From Desulfobulbaceae bacterium UBA2276 (GTDB lineage Bacteria; Desulfobacterota; Desulfobulbia; Desulfobulbales; Desulfocapsaceae), in the NCBI GenBank assembly GCA_002347085.1, contig DDWW01000033.1, forward strand, positions 1-18,555: a stretch of DNA of 18,555 bases, in the 5' to 3' direction. The first letter of the stretch is position 1. Every line of letters starts with the position of its first letter. A model generated the notes under the pieces. The model did no database searches, was not told where the DNA came from, and saw nothing but the letters and a program-made list of their open reading frames with translations. The position numbers and the translations under genes were made by a program. Shown here one piece after another: positions 6,610-14,787 of the stretch.

Positions 6610-9054
6610 ATGAAGTTCACCATCGACTGGTTAAATGAGTATGTAAATACCGACGGGATTACGCCGGTGGAGCTGGCCGATCACCTGACCATGCTTGGTC
6701 TTGAGGTGGATGCCGTAACTGAGCTTTTTCAGGAGCTGGCCCCCATTAAAACGGCACTGGTGCTTTCTGTTGATCGTCATCCTGACGCTGATACCTTGAG
6801 CCTGTGCCAGGTAGCTGTTGGTGCCGAGACCCTGCAAATTGTCTGCGGTGCGCCTAACGTCCGGCCTGGTCTGGCGGTAGCCATTGCCTTGCCGGGTACG
6901 ACCCTGCCGGGTGGGGTGAAGATCAAGAAATCAAAGGTGCGGGGAATTGAATCCTGCGGTATGCTCTGTTCCGAGCGGGAACTGGGCTTGAGCACCAGCC
7001 ACAGCGGGATCATGGAGCTGCCGGCGAACACCCCGCACGGCCAGTCCTTTATCCAGGCCCTCGGGCTGAACAATACCTTGGTTGAGGTCGATCTCACCCC
7101 TAACCGGCCCGACTGCGCCTCGGTCATCGGGCTTGCCCGCGAGATTGCCGGGGTCACCCGTCGGCCCTTGACCCTGCCCGTTGCCAATGTCGAGATCAAA
7201 TCTTCCTGTCCTGACTTTTCTGTGGATATAGAATCCTCAGAACTCTGTCCTCGTTATAGTGCTCGCCTGGTTACCGGAGTCACCATTGCCCCATCTCCCT
7301 GGTGGCTGCGTAAACGTCTTTTATCCATAGGGCTGCGCCCGATCAATAATGTGGTTGATATCACCAACCTGGTGATGATGGAATATGGGCAACCCCTGCA
7401 TGCCTTTGATTTTGATAAACTTGCTCATAAAAAGATCATGGTTCGTCATCCCCGAAGAGATGAACTGGATTTTACTACCCTTGATGGCGTGACCCGCAAG
7501 CTTGATTCCGATATGCTGATGATCTGTGATGGCACTCAACCCGTAGCGGTTGCGGGAATCATGGGCGGAATGAATTCTGAGGTCAGTGACGCCACCACGG
7601 CTATTCTGCTCGAAAGTGCCTGCTTTGATCCCATCTCGATTAGAAAGACGGCACGCAAGTTGAAATTGTCCTCCGAGGCCTCATACCGTTTTGAGCGTGG
7701 TGTTGATCCGGGTGGTTGTCTCCTGGCCATGGAACGGGCCGTCAGATTGCTCTGCGAGGTTGCTGGCGGTGAGGTTGCGCCCGGTGGCGCCGACAAATAT
7801 GGTGGCCAGAGGCCATTGAAGACCCTTACCCTGAGGATCTCCCGCACTTCGGATATCCTTGGCATCCCTCTTGATTACGAAAAGATAGCCGACGCCTTGA
7901 TCTCCATTGGTTTCCGTTGCAAAGAGAAGGATGCGGACACCCTCTGGGTAGGGGCGCCCTCCTTCCGGGTCGATATTGCCCGCGAGATTGATCTGATTGA
8001 AGAGGTTGCCCGCCTGGTTGGCTATAATAATATCCCTACCACCTTGCCCACAGTCCAGTTACGTTACCCTGAGCAGGAGCTAAGTCGAACCATCAGGGCA
8101 AAAATCGGGACCTTGCTCACGGGAATAGGCTATTACGAGGCGATCAATTACAGCTTTACCGCGGCCAAATATCTGCAATGGCTGGGGTTGGCTGAGGACG
8201 ATCCGCGTTGCCGCTTTGTGCGTTTAGTCAATCCCTTGAGCGAAGAACAGTCGGTCATGCGTACCATGCTGTTGCCGGGACTCCTTGAAAATGTTGAGCG
8301 CAATATCAACTATCAGAAGAGTGCAATCAAACTCTTTGAGACCGGCAAAGTCTTCACCCCCACTGGTGACAATGAACAGCCCTTGGAAAAGAACCGTCTG
8401 GTCGGGGTGTTAAGCGGTAATCGTGGCGGTGCCTCTTCACCCTATCATAGTAAAGCGCAGGGGGTAGATTTTCTCGATGCCAAAGGCGCGGTTGAATATC
8501 TCCTCCGCGAATTGCGCTTGCTGGGAGTTGGGAGCTCGTCACCGCTTGGCTTCACTCTTGCTGATCCGGCCCGAATGGAACCTTTTGCCGATCCCACGCA
8601 AGTCTTGACTATACGCGCGGGAGAGGAGGACTTGGGGATCATGGCTCGGATTCTTCCTCACGTTCTCAGAAAATTTGGCATCAAACAGGATGTCTTCTTT
8701 TTTGATCTTGACCTTGATGCCCTCTGTCAATTGACATCTGTGGCTAAGAATTTTACTTCTCTTCCAGTTTTTCCGGCAGTTGGTCGTGATATTGCCATGC
8801 TGGTGCCTGAGCATGTGGCCGCCGGGGCCATGGTTGAGGCCGTGTTACAGGCCCGGGAGTCGCTCATTGAACAGTGCGAGATCTTTGATGTCTATCAAGG
8901 GGATTCGGTAACACGAGGTTACAAGAGTGTTGCCTTGTCGGTAACATATCGTTCGTTACAGAAAACGCTGACTGAAAAGAATGTAGAAAAAGTTCACGCC
9001 AAAATTGTCAACATGCTGGCTGTGAAATTTGAAGGAACCCTTAGAGAAGGATGA
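6610..9054 (+). CDS. pheT: Phenylalanyl-tRNA synthetase beta subunit
   Basis: 814 aa. It has an N-terminal tRNA-binding domain, B3/B4 and B5 domains, and a C-terminal FDX-like anticodon-binding domain (…DVYQGDSV…KSVALSVTYRS). It lies immediately downstream of pheS. Confidence 0.93.
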   Translation: MKFTIDWLNEYVNTDGITPVELADHLTMLGLEVDAVTELFQELAPIKTALVLSVDRHPDADTLSLCQVAVGAETLQIVCGAPNVRPGLAVAIALPGTTLPGGVKIKKSKVRGIESCGMLCSERELGLSTSHSGIMELPANTPHGQSFIQALGLNNTLVEVDLTPNRPDCASVIGLAREIAGVTRRPLTLPVANVEIKSSCPDFSVDIESSELCPRYSARLVTGVTIAPSPWWLRKRLLSIGLRPINNVVDITNLVMMEYGQPLHAFDFDKLAHKKIMVRHPRRDELDFTTLDGVTRKLDSDMLMICDGTQPVAVAGIMGGMNSEVSDATTAILLESACFDPISIRKTARKLKLSSEASYRFERGVDPGGCLLAMERAVRLLCEVAGGEVAPGGADKYGGQRPLKTLTLRISRTSDILGIPLDYEKIADALISIGFRCKEKDADTLWVGAPSFRVDIAREIDLIEEVARLVGYNNIPTTLPTVQLRYPEQELSRTIRAKIGTLLTGIGYYEAINYSFTAAKYLQWLGLAEDDPRCRFVRLVNPLSEEQSVMRTMLLPGLLENVERNINYQKSAIKLFETGKVFTPTGDNEQPLEKNRLVGVLSGNRGGASSPYHSKAQGVDFLDAKGAVEYLLRELRLLGVGSSSPLGFTLADPARMEPFADPTQVLTIRAGEEDLGIMARILPHVLRKFGIKQDVFFFDLDLDALCQLTSVAKNFTSLPVFPAVGRDIAMLVPEHVAAGAMVEAVLQARESLIEQCEIFDVYQGDSVTRGYKSVALSVTYRSLQKTLTEKNVEKVHAKIVNMLAVKFEGTLREG

Positions 9055-9055
9055 T

Positions 9056-9346
9056 ATGAATCAGGATAATCTTACCCGTAGGGAACTGGCCGAGGCCATA
9101 AATGAGAAGCTGGGTTATCCGCAGAACAGTTGCGCGGCCATGGTTGACGCCTTTCTTGAGCGGATGAAGGGCTCGCTTCTTGACGCGAATGCCATTAAAA
9201 TCGTCCATTTTGGGACCTTTACGGTCCGGGATAAAAATCCCCGGCGGGGACGTAACCCGCGGACGGGCGAGGCCATTACCATTCAACCAAGACAGATGGT
9301 TACGTTTCGTCCCAGTAAAGGTCTAAGGGAGCAGATTAACGAATAA
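9056..9346 (+). CDS. ihfA: Integration host factor alpha subunit. ATG 9056 is the likely true start, and the 9029 start in the ORF track would overlap pheT.
   Basis: The HU/IHF fold signature is present (…VHFGTFTVRDKNPRRGRNPRTGEAITIQPRQMVTFRPSKGLREQI). AGAGAAGGA at 9043-9051 is the SD. The stop/start junction ATGATATGA and the pheT-ihfA synteny match the E. coli himA arrangement. Confidence 0.8.
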   Translation: MNQDNLTRRELAEAINEKLGYPQNSCAAMVDAFLERMKGSLLDANAIKIVHFGTFTVRDKNPRRGRNPRTGEAITIQPRQMVTFRPSKGLREQINE

Positions 9347-9363
9347 GATTCGCCAATTCATCC

Positions 9364-9750
9364 TTGAACATGGGGGCCAGGCTTGCAATGAAAGCGGAGA
9401 TACCGGACAAGCTGTATTTTAAGATCGGTGAGGTAAGTAAGCTGGCCGGAGTTGCACCCCATGTCTTGCGCTATTGGGAGTCGGAATTTCCCAGTATCAG
9501 CCCTCAACGAGCCAACTCTCAGCAGCGTCTTTATCGTCGGGTGGATGTGGAGACTGTGCTGACCATTAAATCTCTTCTTCACGAGCAGGGATATACCATT
9601 GCCGGGGCCAGAAATCTTCTGGCAAGCGGCCAGGCGGTGATAACCAAGGCAGAGGCAGTTCCGACCCAGAATGCGGCGGGATGCCTGGAGCAGATAAAGG
9701 CTGAGCTGCGCGAGATGAGTGTCCTGTTACATGGCAAGGAAAAGAACTAA
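9364..9750 (+). CDS. Small MerR-family transcriptional regulator. It has an HTH and a coiled coil but no obvious effector domain. The start could be 9364, 9370 or 9388.
   Basis: …[25 protein letters not shown]… is the classic MerR N-terminal HTH. A 128-aa protein with only a C-terminal helical region has no room for a separate effector-binding domain. Confidence 0.72.
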   Translation: MNMGARLAMKAEIPDKLYFKIGEVSKLAGVAPHVLRYWESEFPSISPQRANSQQRLYRRVDVETVLTIKSLLHEQGYTIAGARNLLASGQAVITKAEAVPTQNAAGCLEQIKAELREMSVLLHGKEKN

Positions 9751-9834
9751 GCCTTTGGTCGGGAAGGGGAGCCCACCAACAATTCTCTGCTGTTATGTAT
9801 ATCGACCATTTGTGTTGAGAATGTGTTGAGAATG

Positions 9835-9863
9835 TTGACAGCAGAGAAAGCTCATGGTACAAC
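9835..9863 (+). promoter_or_regulatory. Candidate sigma70-type promoter for tRNA-Pro
   Basis: A -35 TTGACA at 9835-9840, a 17-nt spacer and a -10 TACAAC at 9858-9863 sit about 13 nt upstream of the tRNA 5' end. Two tandem 11-mers TGTGTTGAGAA at 9811-9832 precede it. Confidence 0.4.
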
Positions 9864-9875
9864 CGTGATACATTT

Positions 9876-9952
9876 CGGGGCGTAGCGCAGTCTGGTAGCG
9901 CACTTGGCTGGGGGCCAAGTGGCCGGAGGTTCAAATCCTCTCGCCCCGACCA
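9876..9952 (+). tRNA. tRNA-Pro, anticodon GGG
   Basis: Hand-folded cloverleaf. The acceptor is CGGGGCG/CGCCCCG, the D-stem is GCGC, the anticodon stem is CTTGG/CCAAG with loop CTGGGGG (GGG at positions 34-36), the T-arm is GGAGG-TTCAAAT-CCTCT, and the 3' end is an A discriminator plus CCA. Confidence 0.9.
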
Positions 9953-9978
9953 TTTTTAAAGGGTTTAGCTTTTTTGTT

Positions 9979-10035
9979 GAATGTTGCGAGTGAGCAACAT
10001 TGAGCCACATGAAGTTAAGTCCTTTTTTTTTATTC
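9979..10035. terminator. Convergent terminator region between the tRNA-Pro unit and the minus-strand operon
   Basis: A perfect 8-bp hairpin AATGTTGC-gagtga-GCAACATT lies at 9979-10000, with a T9 run at 10023-10031. On the minus strand a GGTGT…ACACC hairpin is followed by a U-rich stretch. Confidence 0.35.
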
Positions 10036-10107
10036 AATTGTAGAAAATAAAATCACGTTCTTTGGGCGTGGTGTCCGTGCTTCAACACCCCATCAATTTC
10101 CCTCTCA

Positions 10108-10368
10108 TCACAATCTGTTCTCCTTGATATAGTCGGCAAGATGGGCTATTGACTGCAAAACCACCCGGCTGGTATTCTCCGAATCCATTCTGACCCCATA
10201 TTCTTTCTGCACGGTTACGGCAATTTCAAGGGCATCAAGGGAGTCGATTCCTAATTTGGAATCAGGTCCGATTAAAGGGTCATCAGGGGCTATACTGTCA
10301 AGATTCACGTCGTGCAGGTTGCAGGTGGTACATATCAGTTCGAGAAGTTCGCGTTGTAGTTGATCCAT
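10108..10368 (-). CDS. Acyl carrier protein (stand-alone ACP)
   Basis: 86 aa. It contains …LGIDSLDALEIAVTVQ…, the phosphopantetheine-attachment DSL motif, in the correct position of a 4-helix ACP. Confidence 0.8.
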   Translation of the reverse strand: MDQLQRELLELICTTCNLHDVNLDSIAPDDPLIGPDSKLGIDSLDALEIAVTVQKEYGVRMDSENTSRVVLQSIAHLADYIKENRL

Positions 10369-10404
10369 GATGAAGAGCTTAGGGCATTGAGTGAAAGAAA
10401 AGGG

Positions 10405-11706
10405 TTATTGTCGGACTCCGGCAAGCTTCCAGGACAATAATGCGGTTACAATGAAAAAGAGAAAGAGTCGGCCCAGGTCATCGAGGATGGCGGATAAGGA
10501 ATATCCTCGCAAGAGTAGATCATGGAAGGCCGTCAGTCCCCAATTGAGCGGCGAGATGATACTGAGTCGCTGCATTACAGGAGGCATGGCATAGACAGGG
10601 ACCATCACCCCGCCAATAGCAGCGGCGGCCACAACCGATGTTGCCCCCAGGGTGGAGGCCTGCTCGTAGGAGTTGCAGGCCATGCCTAAGAAAATGCCAA
10701 AACCACAGGCGGCAAGGCTTGAGAACAGAGCGGTTATCAGGGTCGCGGTCAGATTCATGGAAATGGTAAAGGCCGGCAGTCCGATATAGGGGAAGAGAAA
10801 GGCGCCGATCAGGGCGATGAGCAGGAACTGGCAGAGGCAGACGCCAATATAGGCTGCTATTTTTCCGGCAAAAAGCACCAGCGGCGAGACGGGAAGGGCG
10901 CTCAGGCGGACCCAGATGCCGGAGCCGCGTTCCTGAAGGATTGATCCGGCAATGGGAATGGCTGTAAAAAACATCCCAAATAAGGCCCAGGCCGGCACAT
11001 TTTGCTGCACTGGATTGTACAGGGATGTTTCGGTTTCTCGACTCTTGTCCTGATTTTCCGTAAGGGCGAGCAAGGGTTGCCTGAAAAGGGAAGGGAGTTT
11101 GCTCGAATTGAAGAGGGGGTCTTGCTGAGAAACGCCCGGGCCCGTTATTTCCTGTAGTACCCGGCCAAACATCGCAAGCTTTGCTTCCAGGGCAATTGTG
11201 GTTAAGGCCATCTGTAATTGCGCGGTAACGCTGGAGCGTAATCCGGCCATGACGCCGGGATCAACAAAAAATTGCAGGGAAGTGGCACTGAGAGCATCGG
11301 GGATCTCACGAGAGTCTCTCTTCCCGTTACCCGGTTGAAAAAGGCGTGCTGTTTCTTCCTGGAACCGCAAAGACGCCCCTTGGGGGATCACAATTCCGAC
11401 CTGATAGTCACCGTTGGCAACGGCTGTCTGGATGGCTCCACCATCTTTTTGTACCTCATCCCAGACCACAAACTCCAGATTGGTTGTTTCTATCTGTTTC
11501 TGCAGTGACCTGCCAAGTTCTCCTTGATCCAAGTCGAGGAGAAGCACCTGGGTTTTTTTTTGGCCGGTCAGTTCCATGACATTTTCCTGGACCAGGGTAA
11601 TCACCACCACCAGGATCGCAGGCATGAGAAACAGTACCAATAGGCCGGTTCTATCCCGCATAAGAAGCAGGAGTTCCTTGGCCGTGGCGGCAATAATCTT
11701 CAACAT
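10405..11706 (-). CDS. ABC-2 family transporter permease
   Basis: 433 aa. It has an N-terminal TM helix, a large periplasmic loop and then five or six C-terminal TM helices (…AIPIAGSILQERGSGIWVRL…), which is typical of ABC-2 type exporters. Confidence 0.8.
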   Translation of the reverse strand: MLKIIAATAKELLLLMRDRTGLLVLFLMPAILVVVITLVQENVMELTGQKKTQVLLLDLDQGELGRSLQKQIETTNLEFVVWDEVQKDGGAIQTAVANGDYQVGIVIPQGASLRFQEETARLFQPGNGKRDSREIPDALSATSLQFFVDPGVMAGLRSSVTAQLQMALTTIALEAKLAMFGRVLQEITGPGVSQQDPLFNSSKLPSLFRQPLLALTENQDKSRETETSLYNPVQQNVPAWALFGMFFTAIPIAGSILQERGSGIWVRLSALPVSPLVLFAGKIAAYIGVCLCQFLLIALIGAFLFPYIGLPAFTISMNLTATLITALFSSLAACGFGIFLGMACNSYEQASTLGATSVVAAAAIGGVMVPVYAMPPVMQRLSIISPLNWGLTAFHDLLLRGYSLSAILDDLGRLFLFFIVTALLSWKLAGVRQ

Positions 11707-11758
11707 GGCCGGGAGAGCAGGGAACAGGATGATGGGGGATAATCCATGGAAATATTCA

Positions 11759-12550
11759 TTATTGGTCGCGTAATCCCTTGCCGGTAAGATGGAGAAAGAG
11801 TTCTTCCAGATTGGACATCCCGCTTTGCTGGAGCAAGGTAGCGGGAATCCCCTCTTTTACTAATTGGCCGTTGTCGATGATTCCGATCCGGCTGCAGAGT
11901 TCCTGCGCCTCTTCCATGTAATGGGTGGTGTAGAGAATGGTAGTCCCGTGCTGGTTGAGAATCTTTAGTTGTTCATGGATCAGGTGTCTGGACTGGGCGT
12001 CAATACCCACGCACGGTTCATCGAGAACCAGGATCTGCGGATCATTCAACAGGCCTACCGCCAGATTTAAACGTCGTTTCATACCGGTGGAAAAAGTGGC
12101 CACCGGCTGGATCGCGTGTTCGGTAAGTCTGGAAAATTCAAGACATTGTTGGATCTTTTCCGCCAGGACCTTTCCCCTGATTCCGCAGATTTTTCCAAAA
12201 AAGGTCAGGTTTTCCCGAGCCGTGAGTTTGTCGTACAGGCCGATATTTTGCGGCACCAGTCCAATAATCTGCTTGATCTTATTTGATTTTTTCTGAAAGT
12301 CCATGTCCATGATCAGGGCGGCACCGCTATCAGACGGAAACAGACCGGTGAGAATGGAGATGGCCGTGGTTTTTCCGGCACCGTTTGGCCCCAGGAGGCC
12401 AAAGAATTCCCCTTGTTGCACATCAAGGTTGAAATCATTTAATGCTAATTGGGCCCCATACTTATAGCGCATGACTAATGACCTGGCGCAAATAGCGTGC
12501 ATCGGCCTGTTTGGGCCTGTTTCAGATAATGGGGGGGAGTCGGGTTTCAT
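11759..12550 (-). CDS. ABC transporter ATP-binding protein. The start is set at ATG 12550, which overlaps the upstream stop in an ATGA arrangement. The ORF-track start at 12622 is an in-frame extension.
   Basis: Walker A (GLLGPNGAGKTT), the signature motif (FSTGMKRRL) and Walker B (ILVLDEPCVGID) are present. Start choice: + strand 12547-12550 reads TCAT, so on the minus strand ATG 12550-12548 overlaps TGA 12549-12547. The upstream in-frame stretch (MYQQVRRLRRKGLHRAETMGQTTS) lacks ABC-like sequence. Confidence 0.85.
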   Translation of the reverse strand: MKPDSPPLSETGPNRPMHAICARSLVMRYKYGAQLALNDFNLDVQQGEFFGLLGPNGAGKTTAISILTGLFPSDSGAALIMDMDFQKKSNKIKQIIGLVPQNIGLYDKLTARENLTFFGKICGIRGKVLAEKIQQCLEFSRLTEHAIQPVATFSTGMKRRLNLAVGLLNDPQILVLDEPCVGIDAQSRHLIHEQLKILNQHGTTILYTTHYMEEAQELCSRIGIIDNGQLVKEGIPATLLQQSGMSNLEELFLHLTGKGLRDQ

Positions 12551-13554
12551 GGATGTTGTCTGGCCCATTGTCTCAGCTCGGTGAAGACCTTTTCTTCTAA
12601 GGCGGCGCACCTGTTGATACACGCCGCCATGGCCGGGTAGCTGTCATCAGGATGGGCGCGTCCCTTGCAAACGCGGGCGGCTATAGCCGCAAATTCCCGC
12701 CAGGTGTCTCCGGCTGTGGTCAGGGATGCGGCGCAGTCATGCAAGAGGGGGGCCTGCATCACTTCCGCGCTTTCCTGAAGAAAGGCCGCGTACATAAATC
12801 GAAAGCCCCCACCCCCGGTGCCGATTTCTTCCTGCATGCGCACGACATGGCCCAGGTGCAGATCCGCCCTCTCCTGGCCCAATCGCTGCGGCCATCGAAC
12901 CAGCCGATTGGCCAGAAATCGTATTCCTTTGACCCCGATCAGGGGAAAGGGGACGGTAAGCATCATCTTGCATACGGATTGAATTCCCTTGACGATGAGA
13001 GGCTTGTATTCCAGCCTTGCTGGTGTCTGGGTCAGATAATACATTTTTCCCTTGGGTGCAAGGGCGCCGGAGGCAAATCTGGCCCGTGCCAGATCATTGG
13101 CCGGGCAGCGGACGGGCTGGGGAAAAACCGGGTCGCTGATCAGGTATTCATCGCCTTCCTTTCCATAGACGACCAGATTGTGGGCATTGAAATGAAAGCG
13201 CAGCGCCCTTGGAAAGTAGGGCAGCCAGAACACCCCGGTCTGGAGCCCCACCGGGATACCGACGGCAAGGGCCTGATCCAGTTCCGCCATGGCTGCATCC
13301 TGGTTGCGAAATCTTTTCTCTACCATCTGAACGCCGCTAATGGCGCCGATCTGGCGGAGGATATGGCCGGCAGCGGCCCGGTAGGTGACAAGGGGCAGTC
13401 CGTTGATCCGGATAAAGGGCAGATAGCCGAAAAAAAGGCCGCCGCCCATGCCGAAGGCCATGGCCTCGGAGATGGGGATGCCCTGATGGGTCAGCAGGTT
13501 GGCGGCCACACCGCTTTCACAGTGGGCGGACTGGGTATGAGGAAAATCCGGCAA
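12547..13554 (-). CDS. BtrH_N/peptidase-C39-like plus DUF4872-like protein (TTG start). It is a putative ACP-dependent acyl/aminoacyl transferase or a C39-like hydrolase.
   Basis: 335 aa. The N-terminal …HCESGVAANLLTHQGIPISEAMAFGMGGGLFFGY… resembles, from memory, the BtrH N-terminal (C39-like Cys) domain. The family assignment is not verified. GGAG lies 9 nt upstream of TTG 13554. The antisense + strand ORF 12652..13587 is Gly-rich and is treated as a GC artefact. Confidence 0.5.
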   Translation of the reverse strand: MPDFPHTQSAHCESGVAANLLTHQGIPISEAMAFGMGGGLFFGYLPFIRINGLPLVTYRAAAGHILRQIGAISGVQMVEKRFRNQDAAMAELDQALAVGIPVGLQTGVFWLPYFPRALRFHFNAHNLVVYGKEGDEYLISDPVFPQPVRCPANDLARARFASGALAPKGKMYYLTQTPARLEYKPLIVKGIQSVCKMMLTVPFPLIGVKGIRFLANRLVRWPQRLGQERADLHLGHVVRMQEEIGTGGGGFRFMYAAFLQESAEVMQAPLLHDCAASLTTAGDTWREFAAIAARVCKGRAHPDDSYPAMAACINRCAALEEKVFTELRQWARQHP

Positions 13555-13577
13555 AAGGTTGTACTCCAGGCTATTCG

Positions 13578-14093
13578 TTATTGGTGAAGGTAGAGGGGAG
13601 GCCGGAGTCTGCCCTGAGTCAAATCATCAGGGAAGATCTTAAACAACTCTGCGTACTTCTTCAAGGTGTCGGCAGGTAGTCTGTGAAAAAAGAAGGGCAT
13701 AAGGTGCAGGCAAACTCTCCAGCGCGGTTGACCGGTGTATTGGGCCAGAAGGCCGGTGTCCATCTGGTTGGCGGTCATGTAGTAGTGCAGACAGCTTGCC
13801 CGTCCGTCCGCTATTTTATCTTTGGATGCGGTAATGTTTTTTTCAATCTCCTGCCAGGCCTGGGCGTTGACGACATTTACCGGCTGCCAGACATCATCCG
13901 GTGTCAGTTCGTATTCGCCCTTGCTGTTGACTCCATAGCTGATAATCTTCAGGCCATTGGTGATGTTTTCGTCGGCAGGGTGATTGAGTGTTGTCATTGT
14001 TGATTTGTGGCAGGGGGTGACACCGATGGTGATAAAACCATAGGTGCTATGAGATTTTGGCACTCTTGAATGGTACGAACTTCTTTGAGCCAT
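13578..14093 (-). CDS. Hypothetical protein, 171 aa, family not recognised
   Basis: This is an open frame co-directional with, and 23 nt upstream of, the BtrH-like gene. I could not place any recognisable motif. The start is uncertain, and an internal Met at MTTLNH is possible. Confidence 0.45.
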   Translation of the reverse strand: MAQRSSYHSRVPKSHSTYGFITIGVTPCHKSTMTTLNHPADENITNGLKIISYGVNSKGEYELTPDDVWQPVNVVNAQAWQEIEKNITASKDKIADGRASCLHYYMTANQMDTGLLAQYTGQPRWRVCLHLMPFFFHRLPADTLKKYAELFKIFPDDLTQGRLRPPLYLHQ

Positions 14094-14124
14094 GTTGGTT
14101 AATCAAATCTGTCCCGTTTTTTTT

Positions 14125-14676
14125 TCAATCCCCGGCATCACTCTTCTCCGGGACGCTGATATGCCGGGAAAGCATCAGTGACTGAATGACCAGGAAAACC
14201 ATGGTCATCCCCAGCATGCCGAAGAGTTTGAAGTTTACCCAGGTGTCGCGGTCAAAGTTGTACATCACGTAAAGATTGGCCCCGCCCATGATCAGGAAGA
14301 AGGCGACCCAGCTTAAGTTGAGTCGCCGCCAGATCTGGTTCGGCAGCTTGATCTGGGCGCTCATCAACCGCTCGACCACGGTCTTTTCCCCGATGAACTG
14401 GCTGCCCAGAAAGGCGGCGCCGAAAATCCAGTTGATGACGGTCGGCTTCCATTGGATGAACTGTTCGTTGTGCAGGTAGAGAGTCAGGCCGCCGAAGATC
14501 ACCAGGATTGCCAGGGTGACCAGTTGCATGGTCGCCACCTTGCGGGTTTTCATCCAGGTGACGGCGACGTGCAGAAAGGTCGCAGCGATGGCGACAGCGG
14601 TCGCCACATAGATGTCGAACATCTTGTAGGCGATGAAAAAAAGCAGAATGGGCAGGAAATCGGTAAGGAGTTTCAT
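14125..14676 (-). CDS. yciB: Inner-membrane septation protein A (YciB/IspZ family)
   Basis: 183 aa, MKLLTDFLPILLFFIAYKMFDIYVATA…FGGLTLYLHNEQFIQWKPTV…VNFKLFG…. It is co-linear with and highly similar to E. coli YciB ([23 protein letters not shown]…). Confidence 0.9.
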   Translation of the reverse strand: MKLLTDFLPILLFFIAYKMFDIYVATAVAIAATFLHVAVTWMKTRKVATMQLVTLAILVIFGGLTLYLHNEQFIQWKPTVINWIFGAAFLGSQFIGEKTVVERLMSAQIKLPNQIWRRLNLSWVAFFLIMGGANLYVMYNFDRDTWVNFKLFGMLGMTMVFLVIQSLMLSRHISVPEKSDAGD

Positions 14677-14700
14677 AGGTTTTGAAAAGTAAGACCGAAA

Positions 14701-14753
14701 AGCAGTTTGCAGGAGTTCCGCGGGTCATGAGGTTCCTCACTGCTGCCATTGGA
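14701..14753 (-). pseudogene. Roughly 53-nt decayed duplicate of the 3' end of the PagL-like gene. It is copy A of the direct repeat.
   Basis: It shares 46 of 53 nt with 16130-16182. In the PagL frame it reads SNGSSEEPHDPRNSCKLLFGLTFQNL*, against SNGGSEEPNDPLNSGKLLVGITF* in the intact gene. It lies between the SPFH stop and the yciB start. Confidence 0.6.
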
Positions 14754-14787
14754 AAAATTAGGGGAGTGTCCCGAATGTACTTTTTCC

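Noticed and set aside
9953-10107. Island attachment site or duplicated tRNA-Pro 3' end marking a mobile element
   Set aside because: I found no direct repeat of the tRNA 3' end elsewhere in the window. There are no integrase, transposase or IS-type inverted repeats. The downstream genes look like ordinary envelope functions.
12652-13587. 311-aa + strand ORF opposite the BtrH-like gene
   Set aside because: It is Gly/Arg-rich repetitive sequence, typical of antisense translation of GC-rich DNA. The minus-strand frame has an operon context with coupled starts and SDs.
14252-14749. 165-aa minus-strand ORF overlapping yciB in another frame
   Set aside because: YciB in the other frame is a near-colinear match to E. 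coli YciB. This frame is Arg/Pro-rich with no features. Its first codons are simply the out-of-frame reading of repeat copy A.
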